From contig CANSLL010000001.1 in NCBI GenBank assembly GCA_947647695.1, positions 1-43,206 of the forward strand: a stretch of DNA of 43,206 nucleotides, read 5' to 3'. This DNA comes from an uncultured Clostridia bacterium (GTDB lineage Bacteria > Bacillota > Clostridia > Oscillospirales > Oscillospiraceae). A model generated the notes under the pieces. That model saw only the letters and a list, made by a program, of their open reading frames with translations, was not told the origin of the DNA and ran no database searches. The position numbers and the translations under genes are program-made. Every line of letters starts with the position of its first letter. Within the stretch, counting starts at the first letter, position 1. This document shows positions 8,989-19,128 of this stretch, piece after piece.

Positions 8989-9531
8989 TCATTCCCCGCC
9001 GCCCGCATCAGCCGCAGGCGCGGGCGCTGCGTCAGCAGCGGAGGCGTCTCCGCCTTCGGACGTGCCGCCGTTCCTGTCCTCGTCGTCCAGCACGCTTTCC
9101 CACTCCTCCGGGTCCTCCTTCGGACGGCGCAGGGCCATAGCCAGCTTGTAACCGTTGCTGTCGTGCTCCATCAGATACCGCAGATCCTCCGGCGGCACCT
9201 TGTCCCCGGCCATGATGCGCGCCGCGATCTTCTGGCATTTCTGCATGGTCTTCATTTCCTTGTCGAAAGCCTCCAGCTGGGCATTGGCCGTTTCCAGCTC
9301 GCCCAGGAGGCCGCCCTCGTCCTCCTTCTTTTCCTGACGGTGGATCACCTCCGTCTGCTTACGCTGCTGCTCCAGCATGGCCAGGGCGCGCTTGGACAGC
9401 TCCAGCTGGTCCGCGCGGGCCTGCTGGCGCTTTGTCAGAGGCGTCGCCTCCGCCTTTTCGGGCGCCGCCGCCTGTGTGGTGCGGGAAAGTTGTTCGTTTC
9501 TTCTTAGACGGTCCGTCAAGCCGAGTTCCAT
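8989..9531 (-). CDS. Hypothetical helical protein, 180 aa (KIAARIMAGDKVPPED motif)
   Basis: RBS AAAGGAGG upstream of ATG9531; host-like codon use; charged coiled-coil N-half and acidic/Ala-rich tail. The track start at 9888 overlaps the next gene and was rejected. Confidence 0.8.
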   Translation of the reverse strand: MELGLTDRLRRNEQLSRTTQAAAPEKAEATPLTKRQQARADQLELSKRALAMLEQQRKQTEVIHRQEKKEDEGGLLGELETANAQLEAFDKEMKTMQKCQKIAARIMAGDKVPPEDLRYLMEHDSNGYKLAMALRRPKEDPEEWESVLDDEDRNGGTSEGGDASAADAAPAPAADAGGGE

Positions 9532-9601
9532 CTTTGTGCGCCTCCTTTGCGGTGCGGGATCTCTCCCGTTATTTTGATTCAATAGGATCACTCTATTTAT
9601 T

Positions 9602-9628
9602 ATATCGGACCATTTTGCAAAAAGTATA
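9602..9628 (-). promoter_or_regulatory. sigma28 (SigD/FliA)-like promoter
   Basis: Minus strand TATA-N15-TCCGATAT versus consensus TAAA-N15-GCCGATAT. Confidence 0.55.
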
Positions 9629-9697
9629 GATGCTGCGCCCAATTTTCCGCCCCGGATGCAGGAAGGGACGGCACAGCTCCCCGCGCCGTCCTTGATA

Positions 9698-10096
9698 TCA
9701 GGATTCTTCCTGGAACCGCTCCCGGTAATAGGCCCGGAACGCGGCAAGCTCTTCCTCGTCCTTGCGGTCCAGCCCCGCTTCCAGGGCGAGGCCCTCAATG
9801 TGATGAGTGAACTCGTGGGCCAGGGTGGTGTACAGCTCGTTGTCCCAATCCTCCCGGGTCCATTCCTCCTTCTCCGCCAAAGCCGCAAAGGATCCGTAGT
9901 AGAGGTTGATGTACCGCCCCATCTGGTCGTCGCAGTACTCCCCCATGATGTAGATCTCCCCCGGCGGGAACTCCGGGTCCTCCACGGCCTCGGGCAGCAG
10001 GGAGATCCCGCCGTTCAGGTCCCGGTAAAACACCGGCGGGAACGTCTCGGCCATCCCGTCCAGGATATCGCCCGCCTCGTCAATGGACAGCACCAT
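9698..10096 (-). CDS. Zincin-like metallopeptidase family protein (mini-zincin)
   Basis: TLAHEFTHHIEGLA (HExxH), GRYINLYYGSF; RBS GAAAGGGGAG before ATG10096. Confidence 0.82.
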   Translation of the reverse strand: MVLSIDEAGDILDGMAETFPPVFYRDLNGGISLLPEAVEDPEFPPGEIYIMGEYCDDQMGRYINLYYGSFAALAEKEEWTREDWDNELYTTLAHEFTHHIEGLALEAGLDRKDEEELAAFRAYYRERFQEES

Positions 10097-10150
10097 GTGC
10101 TCATGTCTCCCCTTTCTCTTCTCCGCCGCGCTCCGGCCCAAAGGCGGCCC

Positions 10151-11278
10151 TTACGGCTGCTCTCTCCGTCTGTCCTCCACGGGGACAGCTTTCAAAATGC
10201 CCGCCAGGATAGCGCCCAGCGGAAACACGATCCAGCAGACAGACCAGAGGTGGAACAAAAATCCCAGGATGAGGAACAGTCCTGTAGCTGACAGCATAAT
10301 CACACTGCTCCAGGAACGCCCGTTTCTCGCGTCCTTCTCTTCCCCCAGGGTGCGGGAAAACTCCCGCTCTACTTTCTGATCCACCGCCTCAGAAATACGG
10401 CGGTCCAGACCGTCCGTCTTTTCTCTGACCTTCTTTGCCGCGCCGCTGCGGCCCTTAAAGTGATATTTTGCATATTGGATGCTCAAGTACACGATCGCCG
10501 CCACGCCGCCGGCCAGGATCGTCATAAAGGCGCCGACCGCGGTCCCCTCCGACACCGCCCAGCCCTCCAGCAGCAGGATTGCCGCAGGAGACAGCACGAC
10601 CATCCCTACGCCGATGGCCATGCCCCCGGCGAAGATGTCCCGGAACCGGTGCAGTTCCTCCATCGGATAGAGGTTTTCCACCACCGGGTACTCCTTGCGG
10701 AACGCGCCCTCCGAAAGGCCCGCCGCAACGAACAGTCCCGCCGCCGCCGCGATCAACGCCAGCATGACCATTACACCCAACGCCTCGTTCCACTGACTGA
10801 GAAAGAGCGTCGCCGCAACGCCCATCAAAATCAGTCCGACGCCGGCGGCGATCTGAAGGGAGAATTTATTGGCGTGCCGGTCATACGCCGCAAACACCGC
10901 CTGCCGGTCATAGCCCCGCGTCTCCGGGCGCGCAGCAGCGTCATCCCCGGCAAAGGGCGCGGCTCCGTCCGGGACTGCGTCCCCTTCTCCGGCCGTCAGG
11001 CACGGCGCGTCCCCCACGGGCGCTTCCGGCGTCCCTGCTCCCTCCAGCGGGTCCGGCCCTTCCGCAGGTCCGCACTCCGCACTGCCGCGGAGCAGCTCGT
11101 CCAGGGAACAATGGAGCACGTCGGCCAGGGCCGGGAGCTTTTCCGCGGCAGGGTACGCCTGGCCCGCTTCCCATTTTCCCACCGCCTGGCGGGAAACGTC
11201 CAGGGCCTCGGCCAGTCCTTCCTGGGTCATACTGGCGCGGCGGCGCAGCAGCGCCAGCGTCTCTCCAAATTTCGTCAT
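10151..11278 (-). CDS. XRE-family HTH regulator fused to a multi-pass membrane domain
   Basis: MTQEGLAEALDVSRQAVGKWEAG..P..KL..LADVLHCSLDELL HTH, low-complexity linker, about 6 TM segments ending WSVCWIVFPLG; RBS GGAGG before ATG11278. Confidence 0.88.
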   Translation of the reverse strand: MTKFGETLALLRRRASMTQEGLAEALDVSRQAVGKWEAGQAYPAAEKLPALADVLHCSLDELLRGSAECGPAEGPDPLEGAGTPEAPVGDAPCLTAGEGDAVPDGAAPFAGDDAAARPETRGYDRQAVFAAYDRHANKFSLQIAAGVGLILMGVAATLFLSQWNEALGVMVMLALIAAAAGLFVAAGLSEGAFRKEYPVVENLYPMEELHRFRDIFAGGMAIGVGMVVLSPAAILLLEGWAVSEGTAVGAFMTILAGGVAAIVYLSIQYAKYHFKGRSGAAKKVREKTDGLDRRISEAVDQKVEREFSRTLGEEKDARNGRSWSSVIMLSATGLFLILGFLFHLWSVCWIVFPLGAILAGILKAVPVEDRRREQP

Positions 11279-11385
11279 GGTCTTTCCTCCTGTACACCGG
11301 CAGTATGCCGTTCTTTTCGGCTCCATTGTCCGCAAAGACGGTTCGTTTCACCACCAACCAGGCGTTTCTTCCCCTGTTTTCCCCC

Positions 11386-11400
11386 GCAACCAAAGGTTGC
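11386..11400. promoter_or_regulatory. Palindromic operator upstream of the XRE-membrane gene
   Basis: GCAACC-aaa-GGTTGC perfect palindrome; degenerate copy CAACC-agg-CGTTT at 11355-11367. Confidence 0.55.
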
Positions 11401-11469
11401 CTTTCCGTCTCTTTCCCTTGGGCTGCAACAGTTTTTCCTTTCATCCTCCAGGGGAAGATTTTTCCTTTC

Positions 11470-11634
11470 TCACCTTCTGCCGTATTGCCGCGCGATCCGC
11501 TCCAGCTCTTCCTCCGACGCGTTGCGGATGTGGTCCTCATCCAGCAGCATGGCCGGCATCCCGGCAGCGGCTCCCGCATAGACCTCCTCCAGCAGTTCCC
11601 GGCGCAGCGCCTCAGTCTCTGACCAGTCCTTCAT
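11470..11634 (-). CDS. Small hypothetical protein, 54 aa (MKDWSETEALRRELLEEVYAGAAAGMPAMLLDEDHIRNASEEELERIARQYGRR), not in the ORF track
   Basis: RBS GGGGAGG, ATG11634 to TGA11470, GC3-rich codons, own promoter. Confidence 0.8.
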   Translation of the reverse strand: MKDWSETEALRRELLEEVYAGAAAGMPAMLLDEDHIRNASEEELERIARQYGRR

Positions 11635-11669
11635 GACGTGTCCCTCCCCTGCTCTTTTGGTTTCTTTTT

Positions 11670-11698
11670 ATTATACCGGAAAAAAGCGCCGCTGTCAG
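11670..11698 (-). promoter_or_regulatory. sigma-A type promoter for the 54-aa ORF, embedded in a hairpin
   Basis: Minus strand CTGACA-N17-TATAAT. Confidence 0.65.
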
Positions 11699-11707
11699 CG
11701 CTTTTTT
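11680..11707 (-). terminator. Terminator hairpin downstream of the DUF3810 gene
   Basis: AAAAAAGCGC-cgctgtca-GCGCTTTTTT. Confidence 0.55.
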
Positions 11708-11739
11708 GTGAGGGCTTCCGGTTTTTTCAACAGGAACGG

Positions 11740-12825
11740 TCAATCTCCATAATACGCGATCAGCAGATCGACGACTTCGCCATAGCTTTCGATGCCGCTC
11801 TCCTCGCCGTAGCTTTTGAGGAAATTGTCGTAGACGTCCTGGGACACCGCAGCCGTCTTGCTCTCAAACTGGCCCCAGTACGCGTTGTTGTCCCGCAGGT
11901 CCGCCCGCACCCGCGGGTCCAGCCCGGCGTGTATCTCCTCCCAGGCCTCCCGGTCCGCCTGGTACAGGGCGTTGCTCAGATGGACGAAAGCGAACAGCGC
12001 GCCGGAATACTCGTAGGCCGCGTCGCCGCTTTTTTCACAGGCCAGGATCGCCACAAAGTTGCACTCCTGTTCCGAGGCGATGCTCCGCTGGTGGGCCATC
12101 TCGTGGGCGATGGTGGCGGGCAGAAGGCAGGCGGGGCTGTGATCGTTCAGGTTCGCCTCGCCGGTGAAGGGGAAGAAAAAGCCGGTGAAGTTCGTCTCGC
12201 TCATGAGACGGGAAAAAGAGACGCGCTTGGGCGTATGGTCGTCCATAGCCAGGAAGGGGTAGACCTCCTCCACTCCCCGGTAGATCGTGGGCGCGCCGCT
12301 GTAGATTTCCTCCCGGGCCACATCAAACACGCCGTTTTCATCCCGGGCCACGCTGCCGCACAAGCGGTTCAGCTCTCCGGCAAACCGCGCCGTCACCGTC
12401 CGCAGCTGCGCGGCTGATACGCCCTCCACCGTGATCCCCGACCGGTCGCGAAAGCCGTCGATGTAGTAATTCACGCCCCAGAGCAGGCAGAAGCCGCTGT
12501 ACAACGTCAGTCCGACGCACGCCAGGCCCAACACGCGGGGATAGACGATCCGCAGCCGGTCGCGCCGCCGGACCAGGTCCGCCGCAAAGACGGCAAGGTA
12601 CAGCACAAGCCCTCCGGCGGCGGCAAACAGCAGCACCTCCGCCACGGAAAAGGGAACGGCGGCGCACACCGCGCCCAGCGCCCGCTTCAGCGGCTCCGTG
12701 ACATGGAACGCCAATGCGTTCATCAGCGCCCGGTTCCCCTTGGCGGCGTGGAAAAAGACGGCCGCGGCCAGTGCGGCCAGCAGCCAGATGTGCAGCTTCG
12801 GACAGCGCAGAAAAAAGCGTTTCAT
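11740..12825 (-). CDS. DUF3810-like membrane-anchored putative zinc peptidase
   Basis: N-terminal TM segments, LLWGVNYY, GFFFPFTGEANLN, TIAHEMAHQR..ASEQECNF, YGEVVDLLIAYY. Confidence 0.85.
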   Translation of the reverse strand: MKRFFLRCPKLHIWLLAALAAAVFFHAAKGNRALMNALAFHVTEPLKRALGAVCAAVPFSVAEVLLFAAAGGLVLYLAVFAADLVRRRDRLRIVYPRVLGLACVGLTLYSGFCLLWGVNYYIDGFRDRSGITVEGVSAAQLRTVTARFAGELNRLCGSVARDENGVFDVAREEIYSGAPTIYRGVEEVYPFLAMDDHTPKRVSFSRLMSETNFTGFFFPFTGEANLNDHSPACLLPATIAHEMAHQRSIASEQECNFVAILACEKSGDAAYEYSGALFAFVHLSNALYQADREAWEEIHAGLDPRVRADLRDNNAYWGQFESKTAAVSQDVYDNFLKSYGEESGIESYGEVVDLLIAYYGD

Positions 12826-12921
12826 ATGCGTGCTCCCCTTTTTTGATCTTCCCCGTTATCATACCACGAACGGCGGAAAATATCTTCTCTTTCCGCAAAA
12901 GCCGCCGGAATTTTTGACGGC

Positions 12922-13042
12922 TCAAAGGGCGCTGTTCAGCGCATCCTCCAGGGGAAAGGACAGATAGTCCATCAGGGAATAGACCTGCCGCCAATCGCCG
13001 GACAAGAGCCTGTTCCAGGGTCATTTCCGTCAGCTGTTCTAT
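12922..13042 (-). pseudogene. Probable degraded small gene (ATA start and 1-nt frameshift)
   Basis: AAGGAGG at 13050-13056, 7 nt before ATA; frame 1 reads (I)EQLTEMTLEQAL, and the shifted frame continues SGDWRQVYSLMDYLSFPLEDALNSAL-stop with host-like codons. Confidence 0.4.
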
Positions 13043-13099
13043 GTTCTTTCCTCCTTCGTCAGGCCACGGCGCAGCAGCCGCGCCGGTTCCCTCTTGCGG

Positions 13100-13130
13100 A
13101 AAAACGGCCCATGGAACATTCCATGGGCCG
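13100..13130 (-). terminator. Intrinsic terminator of the exporter-SLH operon
   Basis: CGGCCCATGGAA-ca-TTCCATGGGCCG, followed on the minus strand by TTTTT. Confidence 0.75.
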
Positions 13131-13168
13131 CTCTTTGCTTCTCCGCTGCGCCGTTTCCCAACGGCGCG

Positions 13169-15457
13169 TTACTTCTTCTGCTCCACCACGACGATGCGGA
13201 TCTTTTCGCCAATGCTGTCGTAGTACAGATCCGCCGTATCCGCGAAGGAGCGGGCCGCGCCGACGCTCATCCACATACCGGTGGTCTTGTTGTAGCACAC
13301 CACGTCGTCCGCCACGGGATACGTCGTGCCCTTGACCGTAACGGAGGTCTCGCCGCGCCAGGCGTTGTTGGGCACGTTCTCTAACTTCGACACCCGGGCC
13401 GTAGCCGTCACCCGGGCCTCGCCGCTCTGGTTGGTGTAGAAGGCGATGCCGCCGAAGTCGCCGTTGCGGTAGCCGCCGCCGCACTCGGCAGTGGGCGACG
13501 CCTTGCCGTTGCCGTACTCCACGCTGATGGTGGCGTTGCCGGCAAAGCTCTCGTTGCCTTCATCGTCCTCAGTGTAGCGCGCGGGCGTAAAATGGAAACG
13601 TCCGTAGGTGTAGGCGTCACCGGTGCCGTTGTCCAGGACGATGACGCTGACCTTGTCGGCATAGTTGCGCTCGGCGTAGAGGATGCTGGAGGAATCGATC
13701 TTCGTCTTGGAGATGCCCGAGAGCTTGATCTCCTTCAGGGCGCTGGCGCCCACCTTATCGTAGATCCGCACATTGTCCGCCAGGCTCTGGCCGCCCAGGG
13801 TGCGGCCGGAGACGTCGAAGTCGCCGCGGATGTTGCCGGAGGTGATCCGGCTCAGGGAGATCTGGTCGCCCTTCTGATAGGACGATACCCGCACCAGCTG
13901 GCCCTGATAAGCGCCCACGTTGTTTTTGCCCAGATGGGGATTGCCCTTGACCTCCAGGCCGCAGAAGAGCTTCACCGTGGCGGATTCCTCGCTCACCTCC
14001 GTGGCGATGCCCACGGCGTTACCGCGCACCTTGGACGGGTCCGCCGCGCCGGCCACCTGGTTGTCCTCGGTCAGCAGCAGCGTGATCTGCTCGCCGATCT
14101 TAAAGGAGGACAGGCTGGCCGCAGCGCTGGGCAGCACCTTGAACTTGGTGCCCAAGACCGTCACCTCGGTGGGGGATTCCAGATTCGGCTCCACGTTGGC
14201 ATAGAACCCGGTCAGGCGGGTGTCGGAGACGCGGATGGAGTTGCTGGCGCTGTCGTAGGTCGCCACGTCGTACTGGCGCAGGTCCCCCGGCGAGGCAATG
14301 ACGCCGTTTTTATAGATCGCGTAGCTGGTGGAATCGGTCAGCTCCTGGAAGCCCGCGGTGCTGCCCTGACCGGCCACGATCACCGCCTCCTCCGCGGCCG
14401 CCGCGCCGGCAAAGAGGTAATCCAGCCGTCCGGCGCTGTTGAAGTACATGGTAATCACCGTACCAGGCCGGAGATCGGGGAAAATGTCGCTGTATTGCTT
14501 CTTCTCCCCCTGGTAATAGCTGACGATGGAGGAATGGACGCTGTAGTGCATCCCGCCCATGTCGATCATCTCGTCGGCCTTGGCCTCGGAGAGGGTGATG
14601 CTCTTTTTCGTGCTCTCATCGGGAATAAAGGTGAGGACCCGCTTGTTGCTGCCCAGCAGCAGTGTGCCCTTGCGTCCCGCCAGAGACGGGTCCGCCGGAC
14701 GGTCCGCCACCTTGTAGATCGTATTTTCATGGGTCTTGATGGCATTGGCGGTACCGTCGTCCGCCGTGGCGTCCACCGACACCAGAATCACGTCCGGCAC
14801 CAGGGTGCCCAGCTTGTGGGCATAGCTCTCGCCGCCATCCTTCTGATCGGTGGTGAGCAGGTTGCGGAACAGCTTTACCGCCTGGGCACGGGTCACCTTG
14901 GCGTCCGCGTTCAACTTCACGCCGTCGGTCAGGCCGATGGAGGCAGCCGTGTTGAGATAGCCCTGGGGCCACACCGCGCCCACATCTTTGTCCTGATAGT
15001 CCAGCATCCGCATGAGGATCGTCACCGTCTGTCCGAAGGTGATGTCCTCGTCGGGATGGAACCGGCCATCAGGGTACCCGGAGAGGAGCTTTCCCTCGTT
15101 CTTCTCTCCCTCACCCCGGACGGCCAGATTGATATAGCCCGCCGCCCAATGGCTGGCGCGCACATCGGGGAAAATGGTATAGCTCTGGTACTGGCCCACC
15201 GCGCCGCTTCGCCCCGTCATGACCACCGCCATCTTCGCAAACTGGGCGCGGCTCAGCGTACCGTTCGGCTGGAACGCGCCGCCGCCGGTGCCGTCAACGA
15301 CACCCAGCATCCGCAGCACCTCCACGTTTTCCGCAGTCTCCGCGTCGGAAATATCCGTAAAGGACACCGCCTCCGCCTCCGGCGCGAACACCGGCAGCAA
15401 ACACAGGATCAGGGCAAAGGCCATGACGCCTGATAGGATCCGTTTTGTCATTCTCAT
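13169..15457 (-). CDS. Secreted S-layer homology (SLH) domain protein with a beta-rich C-terminal region
   Basis: Signal peptide ending AEA; SLH motifs FTDI..FQPNGTLSRAQFA, FPDV..HWAAGYI..GYPDGRFHPDEDIT, TRAQAV. Confidence 0.9.
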   Translation of the reverse strand: MRMTKRILSGVMAFALILCLLPVFAPEAEAVSFTDISDAETAENVEVLRMLGVVDGTGGGAFQPNGTLSRAQFAKMAVVMTGRSGAVGQYQSYTIFPDVRASHWAAGYINLAVRGEGEKNEGKLLSGYPDGRFHPDEDITFGQTVTILMRMLDYQDKDVGAVWPQGYLNTAASIGLTDGVKLNADAKVTRAQAVKLFRNLLTTDQKDGGESYAHKLGTLVPDVILVSVDATADDGTANAIKTHENTIYKVADRPADPSLAGRKGTLLLGSNKRVLTFIPDESTKKSITLSEAKADEMIDMGGMHYSVHSSIVSYYQGEKKQYSDIFPDLRPGTVITMYFNSAGRLDYLFAGAAAAEEAVIVAGQGSTAGFQELTDSTSYAIYKNGVIASPGDLRQYDVATYDSASNSIRVSDTRLTGFYANVEPNLESPTEVTVLGTKFKVLPSAAASLSSFKIGEQITLLLTEDNQVAGAADPSKVRGNAVGIATEVSEESATVKLFCGLEVKGNPHLGKNNVGAYQGQLVRVSSYQKGDQISLSRITSGNIRGDFDVSGRTLGGQSLADNVRIYDKVGASALKEIKLSGISKTKIDSSSILYAERNYADKVSVIVLDNGTGDAYTYGRFHFTPARYTEDDEGNESFAGNATISVEYGNGKASPTAECGGGYRNGDFGGIAFYTNQSGEARVTATARVSKLENVPNNAWRGETSVTVKGTTYPVADDVVCYNKTTGMWMSVGAARSFADTADLYYDSIGEKIRIVVVEQKK

Positions 15458-15470
15458 GGTAAATCTCTCC

Positions 15471-16657
15471 TTACTCCGCGCGCAGCGCCACCACGGGCTG
15501 CAGCTTGGACGCTTTGATTGCCGGGAACATACCGAACAGGATGCCCAGGGCCACCGAGAACAGGAACGCGCCGACGGTGACGCCCGCCTGGGGCAGCAGC
15601 ACCATCTGCACGATGAGCTTGCTGGCGATGGCCGTGCCCAAAAAGCCGATGGCGATGCCGATGATGCCGCCGATGCCGCAGATCATGGCCGCCTCGATCA
15701 AAAACTGGGCGATGATGGACTTGCGCTCCGCGCCGATGGCACGGCGGATGCCGATCTCCCGCGTGCGCTCGGTTACGGTGACAAGCATGATATTCATGAT
15801 GCCGATGCCGCCCACTAGCAGGGAAATGCCGGCAATGGCGCCCAGCATCAGGGCCATCATCATCGCCTGCTGGTTATTCTGATCCTGCCACTGCTGGTCG
15901 CTGTAGCACCAGAAGGAACCGCGGTTGGTCTGCTCCCAGCCGGAAAAGTTGCCGTTGAGCAGCGTGATGACCTTGTTGACGGATGCAGAATCCTTTGCCT
16001 TGACTGTAAACTCGCTCATATCCGCCCAGCCCTCGGAAAGGTACCGCTGGGACGTATAAGGGATGACGATGATGTTGTCCAGAGAATACTGCTTGCTGGG
16101 GTCCTTTTCGCCGTACACGCCCACCACGGTAAAGGTCGCGCCGCCGATGGTCATTTCTTTATTGATGGGGTCCGCCGCGTCGAAAAACTCCTTTGCAGCC
16201 CGGGCGCCGAGGACACAGACGGCGTTGTAGTTCTGGATGTCCAGATAGCTCAGATCCCGTCCTTTTTCGATCTTGAAGTTGTTGCACATGGAATACTGGT
16301 CGCTGCCCAGGTAGATCTGCGGCGACCACTCCATGCTCCGGCTGTTTTTCGCCCCGTACTTCACCGTACAACCCACATAGCCGTTGGGCGTGACGCCCAA
16401 CACCATGTCGATGCCCTTGCAGTAATTATACACCTCGTCAAAGGCGTCGCCGCCGTTCCAGAGGTTGGCGTAAACCGTGATCTTGTTGGTGCCCATGGAC
16501 TCGTAATATTCCATCTGCTTTTTGTTCACGCCGCCGATAACGGAGATGATGATCATCACCGCCGCGATGCCGATGATGATACCCAGCATCGTCAGCAGGG
16601 AACGCATTTTTTTTGCCAGGATGGACTTGACTGCCATCTTGAACGCCTGGGTCAGAT

Positions 16658-16661
<4 letters not shown>
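15471..16661 (-). CDS. MacB/FtsX-like ABC exporter permease (YknZ-like)
   Basis: RSLLTMLGIIIGI, ISLLVGGIGIMNIMLVTVTERTREIGIRRAIGA, PAIKASKLQPVVALR; GTG16661 overlaps the upstream stop (GTGA), RBS GGAGGTGG. Confidence 0.93.
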
Positions 16662-17353
<692 letters not shown>

Positions 17354-17370
17354 GGTCCTGTCCTCTTCCC

Positions 17371-19128
17371 TTAGTACATCCCGGTGTACATCACCTGCTG
17401 GAAGACCTCCATGCCGATCTCCAGACCGGCGGCCTCGCCGTCAAGGATCTCCACGTTCTGGTTATCGGAAATGCCCAGGGTAACGGGTACGGCGTAGTAG
17501 CCCGTCTCCGGTACGCCGTCCACGGGGATCTCCAGATCGATGGCGTTTTCGGGCCGCGCGTCGGTGTGGACAAAGACGACGCTCCGGGTGCCCTCCGGCG
17601 TCTCCACGGATTTGACCGCCTGGATGGGCAGGTACATGCAGTCGTCGCTCTGACTGGTCACCATGTTATACGTCGCGTAGGTACCGGGCATGACGCTGCC
17701 GTCGGGGTTGTCGATGCTGATGACCGCCGGGAAGGTGGCCACGCCGTTTTCCGTCTTGGACGTGAGGCTCACCGAGGTAACGATGCCCACGCAGGGCGTG
17801 CCCCACTGGTCGATGTCCACCATCATGCCTTCCTTGACATAGGAGATATTGCGCTCGTCCACGTTGGCGTCCAGCACGATCTGGCTGTTGTCCGCCACCA
17901 CCACCACGGTGGTGCCGGTGGAGACCTCCTGGCCCGGCTCGATGGAGACGGACATGACAGTGCCCGCGATGGGGGCCACGCCGTTGAGCAGATCGAGGGC
18001 CTTCTGGGCCTCCTCCAAGTTCTTTTCCGCCGTCTTCATGCGGGTCTCCATATCGAAAATGGCCGTGTCGTTCTCGTCGCCGCCCATGACCAGCAGCACC
18101 GCGCCCGCCTTGACGGAGGCATAATCCCGCAGGTTCACCTGCTCCACGGGCCCGCCCACCTTGGTGACGATGTCCGTGGTCTGGAAATATTCCAGCTTGC
18201 CGGATTCATAGGGGTAAACCGTCTCGCCGCCCACGGTCAGGGTGGCGCTGGCGTCCATTTCAGCCGTCAGGGTGCCGGGATTGTCCAGGATAAAGTCCAC
18301 CTCAAAGAGCTTGGAGCCCTCGGGGCTGATGCGCTCGACCATGTGGATCTCCGAAACCTTGCCGCTCTGGGTGGCCATGGTGGCGGGGATGGAGATGCTG
18401 GCGCTCTGTCCCACCTTGATCTCCTGAGCGTAGGCGTAGCTATAATACTGCTTCAGGCGCATTTTGGAATCGTCGTTCAGCGTGGCCAGGGTGGCGCCGC
18501 TGGACAGATCGTCGCCCACCTTGGGGATTTTACCGCCCTCCGGCAGGCTGATCCGGCCGCCGTGGGGCGCGCGCACCGTCAGGTTCGCCTCGGCCTCCCG
18601 CAGCTTTTGCAGCTCCTTGCCGCAGCTTTCCACTTCCTTGCGGGCCGTCTCCACGGCTTCCTCCGCCGTCTCGCTCTTGATGCGGTACAGCTGCTGGCCC
18701 GCCTCCACGGTGTCGCCCTCCTTGACGTATACCTCCTGGACCACGCCCGAGGTGGTCAGCGTCAGGCTGGCGCTCTCCTTGGCCCGGGTCAGACCCTCGC
18801 CGGAGACGGTGCTGGTGATGGACCCGATATCCACATAGGCGTGCATGATCTCGCCCTTGTCCTCGCCGCCGCCGAAAAACTTGACGCCGGCCCAGATGCA
18901 CAGGACTGCGATCACGGCTACGATCACGATAATAATGATGTTGCGCACCTTGTGGCTCTTCTTTTTCGCAGGCTTTTTCTTCGGCGTCTGATCCACGGCC
19001 ATATTGCCGCCGGACGCCGCCGCTTCCGGCCCGGAGGCCACCTGCTCCGCCGCGGGTTCGGGCGCCGCCGCAGGCGCGGGCGGCGTTTCCTCCGGCTCCT
19101 TTTTCATGATCTCCTTTTCGTCTGCCAT
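17371..19128 (-). CDS. Membrane fusion (periplasmic adaptor, HlyD/YknX-like) protein, extended
   Basis: Single TM after a Lys-rich patch; several lipoyl half-motifs (VYVKEGDTVEAGQ, APHGG..KVGD, APIAGTV..PGQEV); VDERNISYVKEG; LPIQAV; VTLGISD. Confidence 0.87.
   Translation of the reverse strand: MADEKEIMKKEPEETPPAPAAAPEPAAEQVASGPEAAASGGNMAVDQTPKKKPAKKKSHKVRNIIIIVIVAVIAVLCIWAGVKFFGGGEDKGEIMHAYVDIGSITSTVSGEGLTRAKESASLTLTTSGVVQEVYVKEGDTVEAGQQLYRIKSETAEEAVETARKEVESCGKELQKLREAEANLTVRAPHGGRISLPEGGKIPKVGDDLSSGATLATLNDDSKMRLKQYYSYAYAQEIKVGQSASISIPATMATQSGKVSEIHMVERISPEGSKLFEVDFILDNPGTLTAEMDASATLTVGGETVYPYESGKLEYFQTTDIVTKVGGPVEQVNLRDYASVKAGAVLLVMGGDENDTAIFDMETRMKTAEKNLEEAQKALDLLNGVAPIAGTVMSVSIEPGQEVSTGTTVVVVADNSQIVLDANVDERNISYVKEGMMVDIDQWGTPCVGIVTSVSLTSKTENGVATFPAVISIDNPDGSVMPGTYATYNMVTSQSDDCMYLPIQAVKSVETPEGTRSVVFVHTDARPENAIDLEIPVDGVPETGYYAVPVTLGISDNQNVEILDGEAAGLEIGMEVFQQVMYTGMY

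Noticed and set aside
12338-13024. 228-aa minus-strand ORF
   Set aside because: Overlaps the DUF3810 gene out of frame; only its first few codons look coding (see the pseudogene call)
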